Assembly (NCBI GenBank): GCA_964016885.1
Contig: OZ024742.1
Location: forward strand, 150,040,001-150,104,000
DNA from: Eledone cirrhosa
Taxonomy: Eukaryota
Direction: 5' to 3'
Length of the DNA: 64,000 nucleotides
Of this stretch, positions 1 to 13,120 are shown piece after piece (position 1 is the first letter of the stretch; each line of letters opens with the position of its first letter). Below the pieces are notes generated by a model. It had not been told where the DNA came from and searched no databases. It worked only from the letters and a program-made list of their open reading frames with translations. A program made the translations under genes and the position numbers.

Positions 1-682
1 GTTATGATGTTGATTTCCTCAGTAGATAAATCCGATCTATTTCTGGCAAAGATCAGTGCTTTGTTTAAAAGAATTGGAGAAATCGAAGAATAGTAAGAAT
101 CGATGTCGAATTGAATGAATGAAGCTGAGTTTTTATTACAGTGCTAGTAAACCATTCAATAACTTGGGAAGTGTTATCCCATAGTGGATGTGTTACAAAT
201 TTTCAAATTTGCGGAATGATACGATCAATAATCTTTTTGCTGATATTACCGATATCAGATTTTGATGGACATATCAGTCTAATAGATGGGTTCGAGTTAA
301 AGTCAGATTTATGGTCTTTCAGGTTGAAGTGCGGGCTTTTAGGCGTGAAAGACTCAGTCCTATCTTCAATTTGGAGCTTTTTTACTATATCACATGATAT
401 GTTGTTCAAGGATGTTAGTGTGGTGGTATTTGCTAAGATTGTTAGATAACAATAGACAATCATCCCGATAAAGACCACCTTTGAGGTGGGGAAAAGAGTC
501 ATGAATGTTATAGAGGAGAAATAGTCCAACGAGGTCTGTAACTTGAGCAGAATCCATGGATCCCATCGTAATATCGAATAAGTTGTTATATGTGTTTCTT
601 ATCCAGTATTCTTCTTGGAAGTTTAGTGAGGATTTTCTAGCGTGAGTTATGATGTTGATTTCCTCAGTAGATAAATCCGATC
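1..682 (-). pseudogene. Penelope-like element reverse transcriptase fragment (rearranged, frameshifted)
   Basis: Minus-strand peptides LKDHKSDFNSNPSIRLICPSKSDIG, FIQFDIDSYYSSI, FDITMGSMDSAQVTDLVGL and GGLYRDD are typical PLE RT motifs; runs off the window edge. Confidence 0.8.
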
Positions 683-1404
683 GGTGGTATAGATATGTAT
701 GTGTGAATATAGATATGTATAGATATGTATGTATATGATTATATGCATACCTGTAAATGTGTATTTGGATTTGCATCTATTTGTGCGTATGTATATTTTT
801 GGTTGGATATCAATTTAACTGTACCTCTCTCTATATATAGTGTGGATATGTGCACTTTGTAATCTATGAAATTTATGTGTTTTAACTATGCCAACATGTA
901 TTTATCTAAGTTTGATTATTTATGCATAAACATGCTTGATAGTATTTTAGAGCGTATCATCTGCTATATTATACTAATTGCAATTTACCACACCGTACTA
1001 TATTGTGTTGGTTAAATTGTATATTATCGCATTACTGTATTTCATTATCTTATTATAATTTTCATCTTTTAATATACTATCTTTCCTAGCCATAACCTTA
1101 ATTTATATTCACCTTAAAACTCAATACAAGACTAATCACCATTTACTTTATCTTTCCTTTTAAATTCACTATACCAGATACATTCAACTATCAGTTTTAC
1201 AATCCCTTTCCTCCTAATAGTTTTATATGCCAATTCTATTATTAACACCCTTCAACCATTCCTTTCAAAGGGTCATGACTCAACTAAATTGTATTACTTT
1301 TCATCTTAACACCATATGAAAAAAACAATTTGATTCGTTAGTTCTTCAACCACCTCCAAATAAGGACATAATACTAACATACTACTAATTCTGAATAAAA
1401 TTAT

Positions 1405-1546
1405 TATTGCTTTTGAAAACAGCTGGTGATATGCATGTAAGTAAATATTCTCTTTATTTGATAGTTTGTAACTAACCTTACATAGATCAATAACCGAGTA
1501 TAGTTACAATGTATTATCATCATCTAGAAACGATCGTAAAGCAGTG
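1405..1546 (+). ncRNA. Degenerate type I hammerhead-like motif with long stem II at the end of a PLE remnant
   Basis: attgcttt...aaagcagt stem I, GAAAC-gatc-GTA 3' core, agctggtgat/atcatcatct stem II; 5' core degenerate (TTGAAAA); followed by (TA)n. Confidence 0.4.
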
Positions 1547-1574
1547 AACTTGATTTTTTATTTCATTGTTTTAA

Positions 1575-2120
<546 letters not shown>

Positions 2121-2121
2121 T

Positions 2122-2215
2122 ACTTTGCCTTTCATCCTTACGGGGTCGATAAAATAAAGTACCAGTAATGCACTGGGTAATTGCTGGCCTTGTGCCTAAA
2201 GTAGAAACAATTATT
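2122..2215 (+). mobile_element. tRNA-derived SINE (Deu/Nin-core-like, octopus OR-type), 5'-truncated
   Basis: Core ctttgcctttcatccttacggggtcgataaaataaagtaccagt and tail ttgctggccttgtgcctaaagtagaaac(aat)n, repeated many times in the window. Confidence 0.8.
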
Positions 2216-2231
2216 ACTATATACATACATA

Positions 2232-2323
<92 letters not shown>

Positions 2324-2744
2324 AGTATAGACATACATATAAGGGCGTTACAAGTTTTGCTCATTGAAAAAAATGAACTAAATATTTAATTAGTCACCAT
2401 TCGGGACATCAAAGTCAATAAGTAACTTGTTATCTTGTTTGCGTTTCAATCTTATGATTTTGTAATGCTCTATTTAATTAATTATTTAATTTATTCATTT
2501 ATTGAACAAAGCTAGTAACTGACGGATGCCCTTATATGTATGTCTTTACTGATGTATATATGTGTCTTCAATATTTTTGTTCTCTCTTCCCTTACGGGCG
2601 AGTAAAAAATTAGGCTGAAGCAGATTGCCCTATCTAGTAGTCCTGTTACTCTTCAATAGTCCACCTTTTGCTACCCTTCTGCTGACCATCGACCATGTGA
2701 TATTTTTCCCTATTTTAAATGATCTCTGGAGGTAGTCAGACTGA

Positions 2745-3254
2745 TAAATTTATCTACAATGCTGTCGAATAGGACGAAGCTGTTCATTATACTGTTGAAT
2801 TTTTCAACAGCCTAGAACCGTCCGGTATGCTGCCAAACAAACTTGAATTGAAGAAGGGCACATTCACCCTGTTTCCCAGAAACCGGGATGAACCACAATT
2901 GTGCAATGGGTCGCATATGGTTGTTTCTGAACTAGAGCTTTACATTATCGAAGACAAAATCCTGAATGGATGTGGTAAGGGAGACATCGCATTTAAAGCT
3001 AGAATGCCGCTAATACCAACAGATGTCCTCTTTCGTTTCAAACGATTGCAATTCCCAATGAGAGTCAGTTACCCAATGACTATCAATAAGGCTCAAGATT
3101 TAACACTGCAGGGTGTCCATCTCCATCTCGAAGAGGGCTGTTTCTTACATGGTCAATTGTATGTAGGTTATTCCAAACTAGGAAGACCCTACAAACACAT
3201 CATATATGCTCCAGAGAAAAAATTTTAAATATTATATATACTGAAGTTCTGTAA
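2745..3254 (+). pseudogene. Helitron RepHel PIF1-like helicase C-terminal fragment
   Basis: EFFNSLEPSGMLPNKLELK, LCNGS, FKRLQFPMRVSYPMTINKAQ, CFLHGQLYVGYS and terminal NIIYTEVL match Helitron helicase motifs, degenerate. Confidence 0.85.
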
Positions 3255-3542
3255 ATGTTTTATAATTTTCATAAAATATATTTTTTTTAATTATTTTTTC
3301 TATAACTTTGTGTATTTAGATATTCCAAATGATTTTTTTTTAATTACGTTATGCAATACTTAAATACATTTTAACATCTTTTATTCTAATGAAAATGGAC
3401 ATTACGACAGATGACGATAGGTGCCTTACAAAATCATAAGAGTGAAACGCAAACAAGATAAAAAGTTACTTATTGACTTCGATGTCCCGAATGCTGACTA
3501 ATTAAATATTTAGTTCATTTTTTCAACGACAGAATGATTCCC

Positions 3543-3582
<40 letters not shown>

Positions 3583-3739
3583 ATAATAATAAATTTGAAG
3601 ACTAAAATCCAAAGAGGACTCGATAAGGATAAATATATATCAAATATATAAGAACTATAGAGCAAATATTAATTAAAAGATCCCGTTAAGGGTGAAAGCA
3701 GCGATTCTTTGCTTAAACTTTAATCTGTTATTTTAATTA

Positions 3740-3821
<82 letters not shown>

Positions 3822-3944
3822 GGGAATCATTCTGTCATTACCATAACAGAAGTCCGACGAGCTTTTGACTCCAGAGTAGGGCCAAATCAATACACATCGA
3901 ACCTTGAACTGATCGATCGTGAAACGCGCGTAACACCTCAATAA

Positions 3945-4219
3945 ATGTATCGGTAGAGCGTCAGACACCATGCTTTGCAGCATAACATTATGGCGCTTTA
4001 CGTTCTGAGTTCAAATCCGCTGAGGTTAACTTTGCCTTTCATCTTTACGGGGTCGATAAAATAAAGTACCAGTAATGCACTGAGGTTATTGCTGTCCTTG
4101 TGCCAAAAGTAGAAACATTATTATCATTATTATCATTAAAATAAAGTACCAGTAATGCACTGGGTATTTGCTGGCCTTGTGCCAAAAGTAGAAACAATTA
4201 TTATCATTATTATTATTGT

Positions 4220-4260
<41 letters not shown>

Positions 4261-4547
4261 CGTGCGTGTGTGTTTGTGTGTGCATATAAAAGGGGGCGGC
4301 GAGTGATGTTTGGAATTCAAATAAAAATGGAAGCTTCGACGTAACATTTTGACTAAATAATTGTTTCTACTTTAGGCACAAGGCCAGCAATTAACCAGTG
4401 CATTACTGGTACTTTATTTTATCGACCCCGTAAGGATGAAAGGCAACGTCAACCTCGGCGGGATTTGAACTCAGATCGTAAAGGGACGTAACTAGGCTGG
4501 AAAGCATGGCGTCCGACCCTCTACCGATACTGCCAATCCACCGCCCT
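3945..4547. mobile_element. Two tRNA-derived SINE copies (3945-4200 plus with duplicated tail; 4359-4547 minus)
   Basis: B-box gagttcaaatcc, shared core and tail. Confidence 0.8.
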
Positions 4548-5174
4548 ATAGTCTAATAACAAATCTATCTGCTGGTACTATATGTGTGTTACAAAACAAA
4601 GAGAAGAAATAGAAGGACGAAAGAAGGCAATTAAAAGATAACAACGGGATAGTTGACATCAAGCTGAGGTGTCTGTCCTAAATAGAAAGCTAATCATAGC
4701 TATGATAAAGTTAAATGAATAAACATCGTTGTCTCTGATCGAGACGAAGCGAGAATATATTTCAATTCATAGAATTCAGCACGAAGATTTATTTTTACTG
4801 TTGTACGATCTGTTGTACCTGATTGGTAATTTATTTATCGAACTCGAAAGGATGTAATTTGACCTCAACAGGATTTGGAGCACCAAGTGTGGAGATGAAT
4901 ACAAAGGCGTTTTTAATCCGACACAATAACGACTTCACCTTTTTCCTCACTTGCTGATAAGGTACAACTATTTTATCTATTTTTGACATTTAGAGTTCTG
5001 AGGAAAAAAAACAAACAAACCGAGGGACTCAATTATGCGTATTATCAACACTGCTGTCATTTAAAATAATAATTTTGTTGTTTTTCAGTCCCAGATCAGC
5101 TCTCATAAAGTGGTAAAAAAGGGTAAATGGTAATTTACTCCTAATCGAATCATACGCGCACCGTCCTGACTTAC

Positions 5175-5231
5175 GGCGTCTCTTGGGCTTTTTGAACCAG
5201 ATCAGAACACAGCAGATGTCTTCCTCTTCTT
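5175..5231 (-). other. Candidate 57-nt exon
   Basis: Minus strand: (TC)n pyrimidine tract + AG acceptor, non-repetitive 57 nt, then GTAAGT donor; two open frames. Confidence 0.3.
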
Positions 5232-5269
<38 letters not shown>

Positions 5270-5278
5270 AGAGAGAGA

Positions 5279-5317
<39 letters not shown>

Positions 5318-5963
5318 GGGAGAGAGAGTGTGTGTTTGTGTTTGTGTGTCTGCATGCGTGATAAAGAGACACAAGAAGAATCGCCCCCAGTACGAGACTG
5401 GTTCTTTATTCCTCGAACGGATGAAAAACAAAATTGACCTCGATGAGATTTAAACTTAGAGATTTAAACTTAGAGGGCAGTGAGCCAAAACAAATATCGA
5501 GGTATATTCAATTCGTCGCTCTTTCGAATCTGTCAATTCGACACCTTCCGATGAAGTGAACCTATCATCAAAGGCAATTTAGCTGTGAGCATTCTCTTTA
5601 TTTTCCCTCGAATATCTAGGATGACACGGTCTAATTATATCCTTCCACTCTTTAGACCAATTGAGAGATTTAGCTGCTATTTCTACCAGGCGTATTAACC
5701 TCATAGTCTTTACCCTCTGGTTCATTACCTACTCGTTAGATAGAGAAGGAAGAGTTGAGAACATATCTCCATGAAATATTGTTTGAGTGAAGATTGTGCG
5801 AATAAAAGGTTGCTGCTGTTGTTTAACACCATGTCAGTCCAGACTAATAACACCTATGACCAAGACATTCCAGCCATAATCCTAACGCATTTTTACATAC
5901 GAAGGACTACGTTCGTTGAGTGGATGGAGCATGACTAAATGGTTAGGATTGTCCCTTCACTAT

Positions 5964-5997
<34 letters not shown>

Positions 5998-6008
5998 TGT
6001 GTGTGTAT

Positions 6009-6053
<45 letters not shown>

Positions 6054-6064
6054 TGTGTGTGTAT

Positions 6065-6099
<35 letters not shown>

Positions 6100-6475
6100 G
6101 GGAGAAAGAGAAGGAGGGAGAAAAGGAGACTGATAGAGATATAAATTGTGAGGAGAAAAATACCAGAAGATCCTGCAATAGTTTAGTAGCAGGCAAAGTT
6201 AACAATGGTGGTGTAGTGTCTTTAAATAGGTCAAGGACAAAAGACAGGTCAGAGATAATCTTACATGGAATAGGGCAAAAGAAAAAAAATCCTAACGTTT
6301 AGAGATAAGTCAAATGCTATAGAATAAAGGGCAAGCCAACGAAGGAACTCCAACACCAGATGTGGGGAATTCCGTGCTCTCAGTCCGAATTCAGTCCGAA
6401 TAGACCGTTGATGAAGTCATTAGAATGCCATACATACTCCTGTATGTATGTATGCATGTATGTATGTATTTATCA

Positions 6476-7076
6476 CCAGTTGGTGCTACTGGTAACATGT
6501 ATCCCAGTACAACCTATCTCATGGTCGGGTCGTTGGCGACTAAACTGGCAACCCCGCCAAGGTTTCTTGGTGAGGCGGGTGATTTTGGACATCCTGCAGG
6601 ACTAAAAACAAAACCTGTCAAAAGGCAAAGGAGCTCTTAAGAGTCAATGGCCATTCAAAATCAACGGGAGAGATGACCCCTTAGCCTTTGTCAAGGCAGA
6701 ATTCTAGGAGAAGGAAAACTCTGATATAACACCTGCAACCCTGATGGTATCCAATGATGTTGACTTGTTCTTCTTTTTTGGTAAATATCATCTTGGTTAA
6801 GAGAGTGGGACTGGCTTTGTGCAGTGCCTTTGCTCACTATAAAAGCTTCACGGCACAGGCATTGCTTTATATCTGGAGATCTCTCTGCACTTGTCGTCAC
6901 ATGGTACCATGGGCCCAGCACTATGTGTCAATAATTGTCACAGGTGTAGTGTTTGTACCAGAGTTTTCAAGTCGCTGGCTGGACTAAAAAGTTACACTCG
7001 TTCAGCGCATCGGTAGGAGTTCTCCTACATGGGTATAAAGTAGTGGCCGTACTCGAAAACGAGTTGGCAGCCACCA
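6476..7076 (+). mobile_element. Non-autonomous bipartite RTE-derived retroelement
   Basis: RTE-like 5' UTR (gggtcgttggcgactaaac, aggagaaggaaaactc) joined to 3' end gtggccgtactcgaaaacgagttggcagccacca, similar to the RTE LINE tail at 42938-42972; flanked by TATG repeats; second copy at 45397-45805. Confidence 0.65.
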
Positions 7077-7099
7077 AGTATGTATGTATATAGATATAT

Positions 7100-7305
7100 A
7101 ACAAAGAGGGTGTGCTAAGATACCAGTTGGACCATAACGCACCAGAATACTCAATACTGAGGGTAGTAGAGTAGGTAATAGGAAAAGAGCCAGGCCCCGA
7201 CGGCTGAGCTCCGGCCGTTTCGACAGCTAGATCTGAACTAAGCCACTTGGTGGCTTAGTTCGGATCTAGCTGTCGGAACTCAGCCGTCGGGGACCTGGCT
7301 CTTTT

Positions 7306-7352
<47 letters not shown>

Positions 7353-7510
7353 ATTTTGGGCCCTGCCGTTTCAACAGCTAAATCCGAACTGTTGAAACGG
7401 CAGGAGCTCAGCCGTCGGAGTCCAGAGTTTTTCATATTACCCACTCTACTACACTAAGTATCGAGTACTCTGGTTAGTAGTGGTCTAATTGGTTTTTACC
7501 GCCTCCATTC
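7100..7510. mobile_element. Two hairpin elements of family X (HHR 3' half) separated by (TA)n
   Basis: Palindromes around GAAAC-ggc...gcc-GTC-gggg; relatives at 54041-54136, 54850-54988, 59555-59718 and 61360-61521. Confidence 0.6.
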
Positions 7511-7536
7511 TGATATATATATATATATATATATAT

Positions 7537-7680
7537 GGAATGGACCTCCGTTGGTTGCGACAACGAGTGTTACAGTTGTTCGCTCACTGGAACAGCCTGC
7601 TCGTGAAATTAACTTGCATGTGTCTAAGCATTCCACAGACGCATGAACTTTTAACGTAATCCACGGGGTATGACAATTAC
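7537..7680 (-). mobile_element. Fragment of a second octopus-type SINE family
   Basis: ggaacagcctgctcgtgaaattaac...ccacagac matches the reverse complement of the copy at 12705-13120. Confidence 0.55.
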
Positions 7681-8559
7681 ATGTACACGCGTTGTGGTGC
7701 AGTACAGTGGGAAAGTGTGGGAGCTTTTGCAGGGAGTGTGAACGGCGTTTCACCTCACCATCCCACATACATACAATTTAAATAAACCTAAATATTATAT
7801 TGTCTAATTTTGTTTGAATTTTAAACTTCTGAATTCCTTTTGCTTCAACTGAACTGCTGAGGCAATTCTCGTATAAAAAAATGTCAAAGTATAATATATG
7901 TATGGGCTCGGTAGTGTCGTAGAGATGCTATAGTGATATACAGCGTTTCTTGGGCACTTTAAAGTTGGTAGAGACAATTCCCTCTTCAGGTTCGAACACA
8001 TCCAATTTCTTTCAGAAAAGAGGAAAGAGTGATAGAGAAGTGAAAAAGAGATATAGAGGAAAAATAAACTTCAGTACTAGATTGGTACCTTTTTATTCAG
8101 CGTAGAAAGCATGAAAGGAAAATTTGACATCAGCGGGATTTAAACTCAGACCACAGAGAGCCAGAACAAATACAGCAAATCATTCGATCCAGCGTTCTAA
8201 TGACTCTGCCAATTCGCCACCTCGAAGCATAATGAAAAATGAAAAAAAAAAAAAAAAATAGCAAAATAATAACGCCTAGTTCTTATTTCTTACAAACAGG
8301 CGACAGATACCCTCATTTGGAATATTAGTACTGTAGGTTGCCAAATACCTTAACTCTGATAAAAAATAAAAACAGGTTGAGTCAAATATAATTGTTTGTC
8401 TATTTCATTATATTCTAAAGGTAATTTATTCTAACTTGTAACATACATCCATGTTTTAGTTATATTCTTTTTTCTTTTTAATAAACAGCAGAAATATTCA
8501 TCAAAATTTAAATTACTGTGCATTCTCGAAAGCTAAAAGATTATTATTGTAACGTTGTC

Positions 8560-8850
8560 AGTACAGTCTTATCACCATGGCCAGGGGCTTTTTCTTGTGG
8601 GTCTGGAGGAAGGAGCAGTATTCATGATTTTCATAGGCTCCCTGAGATTAATGCCTTTAAAGTTAAGCTTAAACTCTTTGCAAATCCGTTTCACCTGGAA
8701 AAAACATGGGCAGTGAGCCATTCTGTGCAGGTAGGACTGGGTGTAACTATTAGTGCGAGGCCTGGGGTAGTATAGGAGATAAAAGAAAGGACAAACTAAT
8801 GAGTCGGGGATGATTAGGTGGGGGTCGTATGAAAAGAGGTAGAACAACGT
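8560..8850 (-). pseudogene. CR1/L2-group LINE ORF2 3' end fragment
   Basis: YYPRPRTNSYTQSYLHRMA...EFKLNF resembles the R-T-x-x-Y-x-x-S-F...F-K C-terminus of CR1/L2/Jockey ORF2. Confidence 0.45.
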
Positions 8851-9565
8851 TTGTTCGCTTTATTTACGTACTCAGATATATTTAGATATTATATTTATTT
8901 AATGTATTTATTTCACTAAAGTCTTTCATAAATTTAATAATTTTATTTTCTTAATTATTGATTATTTAGGCTGTTTTGTTTGAAATAAAATATTTAAAAA
9001 AATTAATATGATAAGGAAATAGAAATAAAGTAGCTTTACGACGCATGCGTAAGACACACCGTGACTAAGCAAGACCCGATAGTCTTGAAAAAGTGCCATG
9101 GATGTTACTGTTCCTCCGCTGACATGTAAAAGAAAAATTTCGACGTCTACTTCGTGAACCTTCAGTAATTTACAAACGAGACTTTAAGTAATTGCGTTTT
9201 ATTTACAATTTCATTAACTTAAATCTACTTCTCGTATTACTGTACTATTGTTTGCTGAATGGTTATTAATATGTTCTTATAGAAAATTTCGTCAGAAAGT
9301 TTGGAATGTCTTTCAACAATGTTTTCCACAAGAATTCTGTAGCTATCCAGTTTCATACAGAATTTTTTTTAAAATTAAATTTGTCGAGTGTTTTTCGGAA
9401 ATGTTAAAGAACATCGAGGATTGTGATAGAAAATAACTAATTTCATATGACTATTACACACAGAGAGAGGAGTGAATAATAAAATATATGACCTCTATGT
9501 TATAACAACAATTAATATCATGGCAGAGCATGTCAACATGCTCTGTTACTGTTTAGCCTCACAAG

Positions 9566-9775
9566 AGCGGTGGATTGGTAGTATCGATAGAGCGTTGGAC
9601 AACATGCTTTGCGGCATATAGTTACGGCCCTTTACGCTCTGAGTTCAAATCCCAGAGGTTAGCTTTGGATTACGGAGTCGATAAAATAAAGTAGCAGTAA
9701 TGCACTTGGGCCGATTTAATCGGTTAGCTTCTCCCCCGACAAAATTATTGACCTTGTGCCTAAATCAGAAACCAT
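9566..9775 (+). mobile_element. tRNA-derived SINE
   Basis: gcggtggattggtagtatc head, gagttcaaatcc B-box, shared tail. Confidence 0.75.
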
Positions 9776-10404
9776 TATGTAGCCCCCAGATCAACAACGA
9801 CTGAGACCACTTATCACTAAAGCGCTCTGGCCATGACTATTCCAGCATTTATGTAAACACACTATTTAATAGTAAAAGTGGTGAATAGGCAAACTTGTTA
9901 GTATCGATATTTGTTTCGGTTGCTAACGTCTTGCGTCCAACAACCACCGAGATCAACTTGGTCTGCTATCCTTCCAAAGTCGATAAATAAAGTTTTTTTT
10001 ACGTTCTCCGTGCCTAGATGGATGCGGCGAATTTGTGTGTCTAAGTGACAAGGTGGTATCTTGAAAAAAATACCGTAAAATTCCTCAATCACATTGACTG
10101 CGCCAAGGAAGTCACCTCGTGATGCAGAAAGAAGAAAGAGATAAATCCTTCATGGTTTTATAGACAGGCGAATGAACTATTTTCTTTGAGGGGAAATGTG
10201 ATTGTTATCCCCAGTCGAGTAAGCACATTGTCTCCTGCGTTGGATGGATTCCCAGTGGTACTTCTTTCACTACATTTATGTCGTCGTTGTCAGATAAGCC
10301 ATCCATGTCTCAATGTTAGGTAGATCCTCCTTCCTACCAGCGTATTGTTTTAGATGTTTTAGAGTTAATAATATCATTGGAGATGGTTCAGTATGAATTG
10401 TGAA

Positions 10405-10612
10405 ATTGTTATCGTCATCAGCAGCATCGTCATTAATGCCATCGTCATCAACGTCATCAACATTATCATTATCAACATCGTCATCAAAGTCATCATATTC
10501 ATTATCATTATCAACATTATCATTGCCACCATCATCAACATAATCCTCATCATCACTATCAACGTCGTGGTCATCCACGCCGTTGTTGACCTCGTCGTCA
10601 TCGTCACCGTGA
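10405..10612. repeat. (ATC/GTC)n trinucleotide low-complexity tract
   Basis: Degenerate atc/gtc repeats that explain the Asp/Met/Ile-rich ORFs. Confidence 0.85.
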
Positions 10613-10631
10613 TAAAGTTTTTATACTAATT

Positions 10632-11322
10632 AGCGTTGGACAAATGCTTTGCTGCATTTGTTCCAGCTCTTTACGTTCTGAATTCAAATCCTGTCGCGGT
10701 CAACTTTGTCTTTTATTATCCCAGAGTCGATAGCTGTCAAGCACTAAGATCGAGATAATCGACTTATCCTTTCCACCAAAATTGCTGGCCTTGTGTCTAA
10801 ATTAGAAATCGTGACAGAACCGTTAGAACATCGGACGTAATGATATGGCTTATTTGTACTGGCTCTTTACATTTTGAATTCGAATTCCACCGAGGTCAAC
10901 TTTGCCTTTCGCCCTTCGAGGATAGATAAAAATATAGTACCAGTCAAGTACTGGGGTTGATTTAATCGACTTTCTCAACCCACCAAAATTGCTGGCCTTG
11001 TGCCTAAATTAGAAACCAAGTGCGGTGGATTGGCAGTATCGGTGGAGGGTCGGACGCCATGCTTTGCAGCACAGTTACGTCCCTATACTGCTGTTATCAA
11101 TTAGTGAGAAGAGGGCGGAGGATTGACAGTAGAGCGTCGGACACTCTGCTTCGCAGAATAGAGTTACGGCCCTTGACGTTCTCAGTTAAAATCCCGCCGA
11201 GGTTAGCTTTGCCTTTCGTCAATACGGGGTCGATAAAATAAAGTACCAGTAACGTATTGGAGTTGATTTAATCGACTTCGCCTCTTCAAATTGCTGGCCT
11301 TGTGCCTAAATCAGAAACCATT
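10632..11322 (+). mobile_element. Head-to-tail cluster of four tRNA-derived SINE copies
   Basis: Repeated head/core/tail at about 10632, 10812, 11022 (partial) and 11114. Confidence 0.75.
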
Positions 11323-12704
11323 ATCAATTAGTGCCAGGAGAAAGATGAGAATAGGAAAGGAAATAGGAGGTATTATCTGTGACCTTTTCGGGCTAGTGAA
11401 ATAAATGGAAAGATAGATCGACGCAGCTGATATTCAGTTTGGTCTGTTGCAAATTTATATTCTGATGAAGTATATCTATTAATATTATGATATTGCAGAC
11501 ATATCCCATTGAACGTTCAATAAAATCGAATTCTCTTGAGAACAATATAATCGTTGTTAATGGGGATGTTGTTGCTGTGGTTGCTAGTATGCAATGATGT
11601 TTCAAGTTGAAATCACACAGCCTTGAGACACTGATGTAGAAACTATTTCCTGTATTGACGTTATTACCATTTTCGCTTCTATTGATGCCCGCCATCCTTG
11701 AAACAATATAAGCATTCAACAATATAATAAGCATATGTTTAAGGCACCAAACGAAAGGGAGACCAACAGAGGAATTTTGTACAAGTGATGGATATTATAT
11801 GTCTATATTGACCCGTAACTCAGATGAGCTTCTTAGGTTTCTACAAATTCCACAAACCGAAGCAACCGAAATATTGAAACTAAACCCAGAGCCAGAAGGT
11901 CGAGAGGCGAACTATTTAACTACACAGCCATGCCTGACGTCTATGTAATTATTCTTTATTATACTATACTCTGGTGGAGTCGTATGTAGGGACTTACACT
12001 GTGTCTTGGGCACTTTAAACCTGACGGAGCTCATCCCTTCTCCAGGTTTGAACCCAATCGATTTGTTCCAAAGAATAAGAGAGAGTGATAGAGAGGAAAT
12101 GAGAAAGAGATATAAGAAAAAGAGTCAAACACTGTACTGGTATATTTTTTATCGAAGTCGAAACGATGAAAGGCAAAGTTGACCTCGGTGGGATTTGAAC
12201 TCAAAGCGCAGAGGGCTGGAACGAATACCGTGAAATAGTGGTGATGATGTTGGTGGTTATGTTGATAAGCGGTGGTAATTGTAGTAGAAGTAGCGGTTGT
12301 CGTAGCGACGGCGATGGTGGTAGTGGTGTTGATGGGAGCCACGTCCTGCTAGAAATAACAGCTTAATCTTTAATTAATCACAACCCTACTGTTTTAACTA
12401 AAGGGCACTTTGGATACTGTAATTCTAGATACCTTCTAAAAAAAAGATAGATGGTCACGGCTAGAATGTTTTTACCCATAGGTCTGCTCAATCAGGCTTG
12501 ACCTAGTATAAACAATGAGAACAGCTACTTCTACGTTCTCTATCCACGGCTCCCGAGAGCAACTTTATGAGAAGATATATAATTTATTTCGGACCATTTT
12601 CCCTTTTGAGAATGTTAGGCTTCAATACATAAAATATTTCTCTGAAATCTCAAGAATTTCCCGGGCTCACTTATGATGTATACCATGCATTCCCAACCCC
12701 GATG

Positions 12705-13120
12705 TGGAGGTACGCAGATTAGTGGCTAGCGTGTTTTGTACACGATCACAAGGGGCAATAAAGACACTTTATTTTACGTTGCTCCAGTCCATTAAGCTAT
12801 CAAAAATTAATTGTGCTTCTAATTTAAAGCGCTAACATTGTCATACAATTTGTATCGCTGAATCTCTCTCAGAAATACGTTACAGGTACACGTGTTTATG
12901 GAAAACTCAAACACTCGCTCGTTAATTTCACGAACTGGCTGTTTCGTTGATAGAACACCCGTTGACAGAACCGACGGAAGTCCAAGATTATTTCCGCCGT
13001 CAATGCACACTTGTCCAGTGGACGGTTGTTCCATCTACTAACAGGTAGATATTTAATTATACTTTGAAAAAAAAAAAACATATGACGATTCGGAAGATCA
13101 TGGATATTGTCCATTGTATT
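12705..13120 (+). mobile_element. Octopus-type SINE, second family (CORE-like)
   Basis: tRNA-like head then gacactttattttacgttgctccagtcca...gttaatttcacga...gctgtttcgttgat. Confidence 0.6.

Noticed and set aside
2827-3228. Host PIF1 helicase gene
   Set aside because: Intronless isolated C-terminal fragment with damaged motifs and a Helitron-type terminus.
3945-4030. tRNA genes
   Set aside because: A/B-box-like heads belong to SINEs; no cloverleaf.
12819-13114. Possible protein-coding ORFs
   Set aside because: Antisense translations of a SINE.
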